From NCBI GenBank assembly GCA_050261115.1, contig JBLNCY010000057.1, positions 1 through 64,000 of the forward strand: a stretch of DNA of 64,000 nt, written 5' to 3'. Positions 37,710-46,125 of the stretch are shown one piece after another. The translations under genes were made by a program, and so were the position numbers. This stretch comes from Methanocella sp. GTDB lineage: Archaea > Thermoproteota > Bathyarchaeia > Bathyarchaeales > Bathycorpusculaceae. The notes under the pieces are model-generated. The model was not told the DNA's origin and searched no databases. It saw only the letters and a program-made list of their open reading frames with translations. Position 1 is the stretch's first letter; the number at the start of each line of letters is the position of its first letter.

Positions 37710-38603
37710 ATGAAACGTTTTGCACATAATCCCATATTAGAACCAATCAAGTCTAACCCTTGGGAAAACCGATGCGTGTTTAACGCTGCAGCAATTTACC
37801 ATGACGGCTTAGTAAACATCGTTTACCGAGCACAAGGAACCGACATGGTCTCAAGACTAGGCTTAGCAACATCAAACGACGGTTTCACCATAAACGAACG
37901 CTTAGACACGCCAATCTTTACGCCGATACACCACGCTGAACGCGACGGCTGCGAAGATCCACGCTTAACCGTAATCGGCGACGAATGCATCATGGCCTAC
38001 ACAGCATACCGCAACCACGATTTCCCAGTCATTTTCCAAATCGCATTAACATCCATAAATCTCAAAGACTTTGCCAATCGCAACTGGAACTGGAAAGAAC
38101 GCAGTCTTCCATTCCCAAACGTCCGCAACAAAGACGCAGTCATCCTACCTAACAAGGTAGACGGCAAATACATGATGTTCCACAGAATCGAACCCAGCAT
38201 CTGCGTATCCTACTCAGAAGACCTCAAACGTTGGCACGATTTCAAATCCATCATGGAGCCACGCGACGGCATGTGGGACAGCAAAAAAATCGGTGCGGCA
38301 GGAACACCAATCGAACTCAACGAAGGCTACTTATTCATCTATCACGGCGTAGACGAACAGAAACGCTACTCACTTGGCGCAGCTCTGCTAGACAAGAGTA
38401 ACCCGGAGAAGGTTCTTTTCCGCTCAGACGAACCCATCTTAACGCCATGCGAACAGTACGAATGCGTCGGTGACGTCCCAAACGTAGTGTTTAGCTGTGG
38501 TAACGTGCAACTTGATGATCAAGTTATCGTCTACTATGGCGGAGCAGACACGGTTCTCTGTGGCGCAAGCTACGAGTTAAACGAGTTGCTCCCCAAAAAA
38601 TAG
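37710..38603 (+). CDS. GH130-family glycoside phosphorylase/glycosidase (paralog)
   Basis: VFNAAA, YRA, GCEDPRL, NKDAV, YHGV, VPNVVFSCG, YYGGAD. Confidence 0.9.
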   Translation: MKRFAHNPILEPIKSNPWENRCVFNAAAIYHDGLVNIVYRAQGTDMVSRLGLATSNDGFTINERLDTPIFTPIHHAERDGCEDPRLTVIGDECIMAYTAYRNHDFPVIFQIALTSINLKDFANRNWNWKERSLPFPNVRNKDAVILPNKVDGKYMMFHRIEPSICVSYSEDLKRWHDFKSIMEPRDGMWDSKKIGAAGTPIELNEGYLFIYHGVDEQKRYSLGAALLDKSNPEKVLFRSDEPILTPCEQYECVGDVPNVVFSCGNVQLDDQVIVYYGGADTVLCGASYELNELLPKK

Positions 38604-38613
38604 GCAACGTCTC

Positions 38614-38660
38614 TGCTTAAGGTATGGTTCCCTTAAGCAACCACCTTTTTGTTTTGTTCT
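38614..38660 (+). terminator. Hairpin plus T-tract terminator
   Basis: TGCTTAAGG-N8-CCTTAAGCA followed by TTTTTGTTTTGTT. Confidence 0.5.
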
Positions 38661-38832
38661 ATCTTTAGCGTATTCTGTTGGCATGGAATTGTAGCCACAA
38701 ATTGTTAAATCAAGCCAGCAAATCCAGTTATAATGTAACCTATCATAAGTCACGACTAAACAAGCGCAGCTTTGAGTACTACGCCTACGGTTTTTGGTCA
38801 TTCAATGGTGATTGATAGGGAGGTGAACCGAG

Positions 38833-39393
38833 ATGTCAAAAGCTTACAAGTATGAAACAAGTGACGAAGGCACAACAGACTTCATTAAAGACTTGACGGC
38901 TAAAGCAAGCGTTAATGAAAAAGAATACCAGGAGAGAGTCTTGGAGGATGAAGCAATCATGGATTCAGATGAGCCCGATTGGTCGTCACAAAATCAATCG
39001 CCATTGACTGGCCATATGGCAGGCTCCATGGAGGAGCTTGAACGTATCCAGAGCTCCGAAAACATGGCTGCCGCTGAGGTTCACCAATGCCTTAAAGATT
39101 CTCTTGATTGCTACCAGACCTGTACAGAAACAATAATCCGATGCATCTCAATGGGCGGCAAACATGCTAAAGCTGAAAACATTAATTTGCTGATGGATTG
39201 CGCTAGAATCTGTAACACTAACGCCGACTTTATCATGAGGAATTCAACGTATTATCCTCAGATTTGCGGCATATGCGCTGATATCTGCGATGAATGCGGA
39301 GACGAATGTGACAAGTTCGATGACGACTTTATGAAGGAATGTGCAAGCGCATGCAGACGCTGCGCTGAGTCATGCCGTGAAATGGCAAGATAA
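38833..39393 (+). CDS. Four-helix-bundle Cys-rich copper storage protein (Csp/DUF326-like) with acidic N-terminal extension
   Basis: 15 Cys in CxxC/CxxxC spacing; ends ECASACRRCAESCREMA. Confidence 0.85.
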   Translation: MSKAYKYETSDEGTTDFIKDLTAKASVNEKEYQERVLEDEAIMDSDEPDWSSQNQSPLTGHMAGSMEELERIQSSENMAAAEVHQCLKDSLDCYQTCTETIIRCISMGGKHAKAENINLLMDCARICNTNADFIMRNSTYYPQICGICADICDECGDECDKFDDDFMKECASACRRCAESCREMAR

Positions 39394-39436
39394 CCCAGTT
39401 ATTGCTATTTTTGGTTGGTGGGAGGTGAAATATTTT

Positions 39437-39913
39437 ATGCAAGAAGAGATTCGTAGAGAACAGGAAAAGTTGAGAGACAATGCAACAATCTATGACTTAC
39501 TAAAACTTGAGCATAAAGACGTAAAGAGGCTTTTCAAACAGATTGTTGACGAGGAACGGTTCCAGGAAAACATTTACAGCCAAATCAAGACGGCGCTAAA
39601 GTTGCACATGTCTGGTGAGGAAAAGCTACTCTATCCAAAGCTCGAAAACAATGCAGAGACACGCACATTGACTTTGGAATCCTATGAGGAGCATGATGTC
39701 GGTAAAAAAGTCATGAATGACATTGATAGCTCAACAGATATGGAGGACAAGTTTGCCAAGTTGAAGGTTCTCAGTGAAGCCATCGATATGCATGTTGAGG
39801 AGGAGGAAGGTGAGCTTTTCAAGAAGGCAAAGCGGGTTCTTTCAATGGAAGAAGAGCGTGAGATTGCTCGTCAATTCATGGATATGAAGCTGGCGAATAT
39901 GAATAACCGATGA
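39437..39913 (+). CDS. Hemerythrin-like (HHE) domain protein
   Basis: EH, H...EEKLLYP, EEH, HVEEEE..LF; ATG 39437 follows GGAGGTGA. Confidence 0.88.
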   Translation: MQEEIRREQEKLRDNATIYDLLKLEHKDVKRLFKQIVDEERFQENIYSQIKTALKLHMSGEEKLLYPKLENNAETRTLTLESYEEHDVGKKVMNDIDSSTDMEDKFAKLKVLSEAIDMHVEEEEGELFKKAKRVLSMEEEREIARQFMDMKLANMNNR

Positions 39914-40129
39914 TGCAGGTAGACAGCTTCCCTAATTTTTTCTAAAGTCGCCCATATATTAATATTTTCATGACAGCCCAACCCTTTAGTGAAACCTACG
40001 CCAAAGCGTATCACTCAATAAAGAAAAAAACTTGCCACTAATCAACTGTGCAATCCTGCGTAAATCCCATATAAACATTGCATCATCCCGACGCTAAGCA
40101 GAACAGACCGCAGATATTGCTTCTGGCAA

Positions 40130-40169
40130 GTTATATATAAAGGGAGGGGGGTCCTTGGCAAAGCAAGAG
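40130..40169 (+). repeat. Dispersed intergenic element, copy B
   Basis: GTTATATATAAAGGGAGGGGGGTCCTTGGCAAAGCAAGAG, between convergent genes. Confidence 0.85.
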
Positions 40170-40185
40170 CGTCCAGTGAATCTTT

Positions 40186-41454
40186 TTACTGTATCTTAAA
40201 GCGGAGGAAAGCAGCGATACCGCCAAACGCGTTAAGCAGCATCTGTCCCTCCTCTGTCTCAGTTGATATGACTTCCACCTCAGCGTTAGTCAGCTGCGAC
40301 AAATCCGCGATGTCATCCACAATCTCTTTTTTGTCAACGATTGTATATGAGGGCGCTTTACATCCACCGCAGGGTTTTGTGCTAAGTCCCTGTTCGAAAG
40401 CCTGCATGTCTTTGCCCTTAACTGTGTGCTGCTCCTCAAAGTTGCACGCGCCACATCTGATGGTGACCCGATACAAGTCAAGCTCTTCAGAGAGCAACAC
40501 GGTGCGTACGGCGCCGCTGTTCATGTATCGGCGTACCTCATTTTCGCCATAAGTTATGAAGCCGCTGTCATGGCCGACTTCATAGAGGAATTTCTGCATA
40601 AGCTGCTTCTCCTCTATATAGCGGACTTTTTTCATGATTTCAGGCGCTTTGTCAACAACCTCTTTAACGCCCTGCTCTTCCACATAGGCAGTGTCCACTA
40701 CATCAAGGATCTTGTTTTGCAGTTGATAATTTAGAAATGCGCCCTTCTGGAAATCATACTTTGTCGGGCCCGGACCACCCAGAATGATGCCCTTTAGGTT
40801 CTCCATAGGCAAAAAGACGTCGTTAGCGTGACCCGCTACACGGGTAAAATACTCGGTAAGCTGCATTTCACGTAAACGCTCATAACGCCTCGCTGACTGA
40901 CCACCCGCCCGTGTTTTGCCACCTACACCGCTATGCATCTGCATAACAATGTTTAGATGCTTACCCTGCAACGTAGCAATAGTGGCGTTGCTTGCATCCA
41001 CAAGTAATATACCGTAGGCTTCTTTCTCGCGAAGCATCTCTTGCAGGTGCTCAGTATGGAAGCGGCTGTCACATCGATAAAGAAAAATCCTGATAGGCTC
41101 AGGCGGAATAATAACATAGGATTCCATACGTTCCGTTCCGGGTCCACCGCCGGGCTGCGGCAGGGCGCCAGTGAAGATTACGATGCCGTGTTCACCGGGG
41201 TCTTTGAAGAGTTTGAGTTTCTGTTGCGCCTTAACGATGGCGTCAAGAACGTTTTTGCGGGTGACGTTGGATTTAATGTTGCTTGCAGTACCATACTCGT
41301 TTCGAAGAAGGTTAAGGGCGTCGCTGATCTGCTTGTCAGGTGGCACATAGATGGTGATGAGTTCAGTATGGCTGCCTTCTTTGGCGGCTAATGCGTTGAT
41401 GGTTTTTCTTAACCTGAATAGCTCAAGTGAGCTTCTTTTCTCTGTGGTACTCAA
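40186..41454 (-). CDS. prf1: Peptide chain release factor aRF1
   Basis: NIKS, YRCDSRF, GGQS, GPGPTK, Zn-ribbon insert, FGGIAA.LR. Confidence 0.97.
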   Translation of the reverse strand: MSTTEKRSSLELFRLRKTINALAAKEGSHTELITIYVPPDKQISDALNLLRNEYGTASNIKSNVTRKNVLDAIVKAQQKLKLFKDPGEHGIVIFTGALPQPGGGPGTERMESYVIIPPEPIRIFLYRCDSRFHTEHLQEMLREKEAYGILLVDASNATIATLQGKHLNIVMQMHSGVGGKTRAGGQSARRYERLREMQLTEYFTRVAGHANDVFLPMENLKGIILGGPGPTKYDFQKGAFLNYQLQNKILDVVDTAYVEEQGVKEVVDKAPEIMKKVRYIEEKQLMQKFLYEVGHDSGFITYGENEVRRYMNSGAVRTVLLSEELDLYRVTIRCGACNFEEQHTVKGKDMQAFEQGLSTKPCGGCKAPSYTIVDKKEIVDDIADLSQLTNAEVEVISTETEEGQMLLNAFGGIAAFLRFKIQ

Positions 41455-41540
41455 AGCGTCTTCACTGAAAGATGTTATAATTCAATACTCTACGTTAAGA
41501 TGAGGAAAATAAAAGTTCCTACTCCAAGAAAGGAGGCGGG

Positions 41541-42560
41541 TTATGCTTTTGGTGCTTTAGCTGGCTTGTCAGCTTTGGGTGCAGGAGGGTCGGGTGGTAA
41601 TCCGAGTGCTTCTTTGAGGTAGGCCTTGAATGGGCCGAGCTTGCCGCCATAGTTGCCTGCCGATATCTTGAGGATACCAGGACACATAAGTGATGCTTGG
41701 ACGCCGACCGCCATAGCTTTCTTGACTGCGTCAAGGGTTAAGCCGTTAATGACGATTTCAAGCACACTTGTACAGCCCTCGGGGACAATGCTGTCAGGTA
41801 CAATGGTTCGTAGGGTTGGGCAGTAAGTGTGGTTGGTGGAGGCTTTAAGCTTGTATTTCATGGAGCCAGCCTTGCTACCTGATCGGCACACGCCGCCTGG
41901 AAACGGCAAGATAACATCTGGAACTTGCGCGTGAATTGCATCTACTGCGGCTTCAGCTGCTGCAAGACACTCCTGGGGGGTCTTTGCAAATATCATATAG
42001 TTGCCGCCTGCTACTGCTTCGGTGGCGCCAAAGCCGTCTTCAACAAAAAAGTTGCCTTCCATCACGGGTATCTTCCAGACTTTACGTCCCCCAATCATGG
42101 CTTTACCTTGGAAGCCGTCGCCGAAGTAGCGGAGGCTGCTGCCGATAAGTAGCACACGTTTGCCTAAAAGTCCGTTGAAGGCTGCTGTGGTTGGGCAAGT
42201 CATGGTGCATTGACCGATGCGGCCCATTAGTGAGTGTTTGAGTTCAAAGCGGTCCTTGTTGTAAATTTGAATTAGGATGCCGGGTCGTTTGTCTGGGGTT
42301 TCACTGGCTGGAACGGTGCGTTCGATGGCTGCTTCAGCGGAAGCGGCGATGACGCTTGTGGCGTAGCCTGTTGTTATGGATGCAGCAGTCTGTGCCCATT
42401 TCTCGTTAGCTGCAGTGATGAGTACACGAGCTGCCCACAGCGGAAACATCTCTGCAAAGGTATCCTCAACCTTCACAACGCCATGAGGAGTATTCACTAG
42501 GTACATCTTTTCTTTTTCGTCATAACCTTGAATTTCCAGCTTGCTACTGTTCGATGACAT
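41541..42560 (-). CDS. ftr: Formylmethanofuran--tetrahydromethanopterin N-formyltransferase
   Basis: EDTFAE, ETPD.RPG, RIGQC.MTCPT, LRYFGDG, PFPGGVCRSGSK, SAGNYGGKLG. Confidence 0.95.
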   Translation of the reverse strand: MSSNSSKLEIQGYDEKEKMYLVNTPHGVVKVEDTFAEMFPLWAARVLITAANEKWAQTAASITTGYATSVIAASAEAAIERTVPASETPDKRPGILIQIYNKDRFELKHSLMGRIGQCTMTCPTTAAFNGLLGKRVLLIGSSLRYFGDGFQGKAMIGGRKVWKIPVMEGNFFVEDGFGATEAVAGGNYMIFAKTPQECLAAAEAAVDAIHAQVPDVILPFPGGVCRSGSKAGSMKYKLKASTNHTYCPTLRTIVPDSIVPEGCTSVLEIVINGLTLDAVKKAMAVGVQASLMCPGILKISAGNYGGKLGPFKAYLKEALGLPPDPPAPKADKPAKAPKA

Positions 42561-42740
42561 GAACGAGACCTTGCCTCTTGAGTGGGCTTTTGTATAATTT
42601 AAGAGTTTTCATGTTTTTTCTGGTTTCAAGCTGTGTATTTTTATGGTATTAAACGTTGGTTTTCTTGGCATATTTAGAGTTTAGCAGGGAACGCCGAGTG
42701 CTTGCTGTTAGATTAGGGGTGTTGGATGTTGGATAGTGGT

Positions 42741-42798
42741 CTGTTGCTTTGCCGACCTACCCCCTCCCTTATATATAGAACCAACCACGGGTTCAACT
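42741..42798 (-). repeat. Dispersed intergenic element, copy C
   Basis: Reverse complement AGTTGAACCCGTGGTTGGTTCTATATATAAGGGAGGGGGTAGGTCGGCAAAGCAACAG; 53/58 identical to copy D. Confidence 0.9.
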
Positions 42799-42969
42799 TA
42801 GCCTTGAATGCGCATGTGATTTTGCGGCTATGGGTTGGCTTCTCATTTTTTATGTCCTTCTGTAGTCACTATCCTCTACATAGCAGACTCTAGGCAAACA
42901 CCGCAAAGGGCTATGAAGCGCTTAATTTTTTAAGTCAGACAACCATATCAGAACCGCGAAGAGAGAGAT

Positions 42970-43377
42970 ATGCCGATTAAGTATTTTCCCGCCCCCGAAA
43001 TCAAAAAACAAGTTGACCAGTTAGTGCAGGAATGCGAATTCCATCATGTGGTGCCACAGTTCGTTTTCTGTGTTCGAAGCAAAGGCAGCAAAGCAAAACG
43101 CACCATAGCCCGCATTCATGGACTGGGCAAAATCTGGCAGGGCGTACTTAACCTCCCACCCAGCTACACCATCGAGGTTATTAGCGAAATCTATGACAGG
43201 ATGTCTCCCGAGGATAAGGAGCGCACGTTGATTCATGAGTTGATGCATATCCCTGGCGGCTTTAGCGGCGGCTTTAGGCCTCACAAGGGCTATGTTGAGA
43301 GGAAGAATGTTGAGGCAGTGTATAAGAAACTGCAGAGTGACCGCGCTGCGAGGCGGCAGAAGCGACTTTTTTCCTGA
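42970..43377 (+). CDS. Small zincin metallopeptidase (archaeal COG4900-like)
   Basis: RS.GSK...ARI.GL, IEVISE, HELMH and downstream RPH. Confidence 0.8.
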   Translation: MPIKYFPAPEIKKQVDQLVQECEFHHVVPQFVFCVRSKGSKAKRTIARIHGLGKIWQGVLNLPPSYTIEVISEIYDRMSPEDKERTLIHELMHIPGGFSGGFRPHKGYVERKNVEAVYKKLQSDRAARRQKRLFS

Positions 43378-43517
43378 ATAAAACGTGGCGGCATCGGTTA
43401 AAGTTTTTAAGCTTCTTTGCCGCGGTTGTGTTTATTGCAGCTTTAACAAAAGCCATATAAGCCTTAATGGGCAAAGTCACAAGAAAACTTTGCCGTAGAA
43501 CGGGGTTAAACAGTTCA

Positions 43518-45179
43518 ATGAAGCATGTTATGAAAAGTCTAAAGCACAACGGCGTATACGTTCCACCCTATGACCTAAAGGGGTTTAGTGTTAAAATCGC
43601 TGGACAACCAGTTAAATTAACACCTAAAAGCGAGCCTATGGCAGTAGCCTGGGTACGCCGAGTCCTTTCTACCACTATACCCCCACCCGATAACGTCTTC
43701 ACCAAGAACTTTATGCAGGAATTTTTGCAACAACTACAAAAAGAAAACCCCAAAGCCACATTCCTCCAAGAGTTTACCCTCAAATACTTATCAAACATAG
43801 ATAACCCAACCCTCAACAACGGCGGCGTCCAAGCCCTCGACATCGACTTCACCGACATAAAAGCATACATTCTTAACGAAAAGGCCAAAAAAGAAGCCAT
43901 GACCAAAGAGGAGAAAAAGAAACTGGCTGAGGAACGCAAAGTCATACGCCAGGAGTTCCGCGACAAATACGGCTATGCCGAAGTGGACGGTCAACGCCTC
44001 GAAATCGCCAACTGGACCGCTGAACCCAGCTGCCTCTTTGCGGGACGCGGTGACCACCCCCAGCGCGGCAGATGGAAAGAAGGCCCAAGTGAAGAAGACA
44101 TCACCCTCAACCTCTCCCCCGATGCCCCCAAACCCGAAGGCTGGAAGGGCAAAATCATCTGGGAACCCGAAAAGATGTATGTTGCCAAATGGGTTGACAA
44201 ACTAACTGGCAAAGTCAAGTACGTCTGGTTCAGTGACACTGCGTTTCTTAAGCAGAACCGAGAGAAGGAAAAATTCAAAAAAGCTGAGGACCTGGGCAAA
44301 CACATAGACGCCGTAGAGAAACATATTCTCAAAAACCTCTCCGCAAAAGACATCATGCGTCGGAAAACAGCAACTGTTGCCTGGTTGATTCTTGCAGTGA
44401 ACATGAGGGTTGGCGATGAGAAGGACCCAGATGAAGCTGATACGGTGGGCGCCATTACCCTGCGTGATGAGCACATCAGCATTCAAGGTGACCAGGTTAC
44501 CTTTGACTTCTTGGGTAAGGACAGCGTTAGATGGGTAAAAACCGTTCAAGCCCCGCCTCAAGTCATCAAGAACCTCACTGAGTTCAAGCAGGATAAAAAA
44601 GTCCAGTACCTCTTTGAGGGCATCGACAGCAAAACTGTCAGCCGATTCTTATCTGAAAAAGTACCCAAACTCACCGCAAAAGTGTTCCGTACCTGGAAAT
44701 GCACTAAAACAGTCAAAGAAGAACTCGAAAAGAGCGGCGTAACCAAAAACGATCCCGACTACAAAAAGAACTTTGCAGCCAAAATGGCTAACCTCAAAGT
44801 AGCAGAAGTCGCTAACCACAAACGCAAAATCCCACCCACCTATGACCAGCGCATAGCGGAGAAGGAGCGGAAACTAAAGGAACTGGAAGAACAGCTCAAA
44901 GTTAAGAAAAAAGAGGGCAAAAAAATTGAGTCGCTGGAAGGCCGCATTGAGAAAGCCAAACTTGATTTGGAATTGGCTAAGCTTACCCGCGAATACAACT
45001 TGGGCACCTCGCTTAAGAGCTACATTGACCCACGGGCATACGTTAAGTGGGCTAAGAAAGTCAAGTTTGACGTTGAAAAGTTCTATCCCAAGACCCTGCG
45101 CAGCAAATTCAGTTGGGCGCTACAGGCAGGCAGCAAGAAGAGCACGGATGCCTGCGACTCCGAGTGTATAACTCCATGA
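43518..45179 (+). CDS. DNA topoisomerase IB (eukaryote-like)
   Basis: LKHNGV, EP..LF.GRG.HP, MRVG.EK, FLGKDS, KVFRT, NH, LGTSLKSYIDPR: catalytic R-K-R-H-Y all present. Confidence 0.95.
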   Translation: MKHVMKSLKHNGVYVPPYDLKGFSVKIAGQPVKLTPKSEPMAVAWVRRVLSTTIPPPDNVFTKNFMQEFLQQLQKENPKATFLQEFTLKYLSNIDNPTLNNGGVQALDIDFTDIKAYILNEKAKKEAMTKEEKKKLAEERKVIRQEFRDKYGYAEVDGQRLEIANWTAEPSCLFAGRGDHPQRGRWKEGPSEEDITLNLSPDAPKPEGWKGKIIWEPEKMYVAKWVDKLTGKVKYVWFSDTAFLKQNREKEKFKKAEDLGKHIDAVEKHILKNLSAKDIMRRKTATVAWLILAVNMRVGDEKDPDEADTVGAITLRDEHISIQGDQVTFDFLGKDSVRWVKTVQAPPQVIKNLTEFKQDKKVQYLFEGIDSKTVSRFLSEKVPKLTAKVFRTWKCTKTVKEELEKSGVTKNDPDYKKNFAAKMANLKVAEVANHKRKIPPTYDQRIAEKERKLKELEEQLKVKKKEGKKIESLEGRIEKAKLDLELAKLTREYNLGTSLKSYIDPRAYVKWAKKVKFDVEKFYPKTLRSKFSWALQAGSKKSTDACDSECITP

Positions 45180-45457
45180 GCGTCGTCGAAACCAAAGACG
45201 GCGCCAACCTCACAGTTTTTGTAAAACCCAACTCCCCAAAGTTCAAGATAGAATTTGACGGCACTGAAGTCATTGTTTACTCCACGGAGGAACCCGTCAA
45301 GGGCAAGGTGAATAAGGAGATTATGAAGGAGATGGGGAAGCTTTTGGGGTTGCGTGTGGAGATTGTTTCTGGGTTGACTTCTAAGCAGAAAGTGCTGCTC
45401 TTTAGGGGCATAAGCAAAGCTGAGGTTGAAGCACTGTTAGGTAGCTTACAGGGTTGA
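45176..45457 (+). CDS. DUF167/YggU family protein
   Basis: VKPNS...PVKGKVN.E, IVSG.TSK.K; ATGA overlap with the topIB stop. Confidence 0.85.
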   Translation: MSVVETKDGANLTVFVKPNSPKFKIEFDGTEVIVYSTEEPVKGKVNKEIMKEMGKLLGLRVEIVSGLTSKQKVLLFRGISKAEVEALLGSLQG

Positions 45458-45523
45458 AGTGGTTGGTGGATTTGGAAAAACCATAAATTCTAAGACACCC
45501 TAACGCTTCCTTGGTGGGTACAG

Positions 45524-45958
45524 ATGAAAGCAGACCAAGCAACCCAAAAGGGAGTTATACAGGCTTTTAAAGAAATGTTTGAGGCGTACAAAAAGAAAGA
45601 CACCCAAGGCGTCCTTAACTGCTGGGCAAGCGACCCCGATATAGTAATGATTGGGTCAGGTAAGGATGAGAAAAGTGTTGGTGTAGAAAAATTTGTTGAG
45701 AGTCTAACAAGGGATTGGGAGCAAGCCAACATCACCGCCATCGACGTGAAGGATTTCAGCGTCTCAGTCTCGGGGAATGTCGCTTGGCTTAGTTCAGATT
45801 TAACCTTTAACTATACAGTAAAGGAAAAAGCCCTGCAGTTGGCTGGGCGCTTAACGGGAGTTATGGAGAAACGCAACGGAAAATGGCTCTGGATGCAGAT
45901 GCATTACTCTGTTCCTAACGTTAATCAGAAACGCGGCCAATCGTGGCCCAAAAAGTAA
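45524..45958 (+). CDS. NTF2/SnoaL-like protein
   Basis: GNVAW, GRLTGV.EKRNGKW...QMHYS.P. Confidence 0.85.
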   Translation: MKADQATQKGVIQAFKEMFEAYKKKDTQGVLNCWASDPDIVMIGSGKDEKSVGVEKFVESLTRDWEQANITAIDVKDFSVSVSGNVAWLSSDLTFNYTVKEKALQLAGRLTGVMEKRNGKWLWMQMHYSVPNVNQKRGQSWPKK

Positions 45959-46125
45959 GCTGCAAAAACTGTGGACATAACTGGGCTAGTTCAATGGAGA
46001 AGTACTAGCGCCTTTTCACCATTTCTCGACGGTTATTCTATCATTATTCTTTTGTGCTTTGCATGGTTTGATTTTAGAATTAAAATAAAGCGTTTATATC
46101 CCCCAAGGCTAAGCGTAACTTTGAG

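Noticed and set aside
40186-41454. Altered genetic code or stop-codon reassignment
   Set aside because: aRF1 has standard NIKS, YxCxxxF and GGQ motifs, all three stops terminate well-defined genes, and no pyl/sel genes are seen
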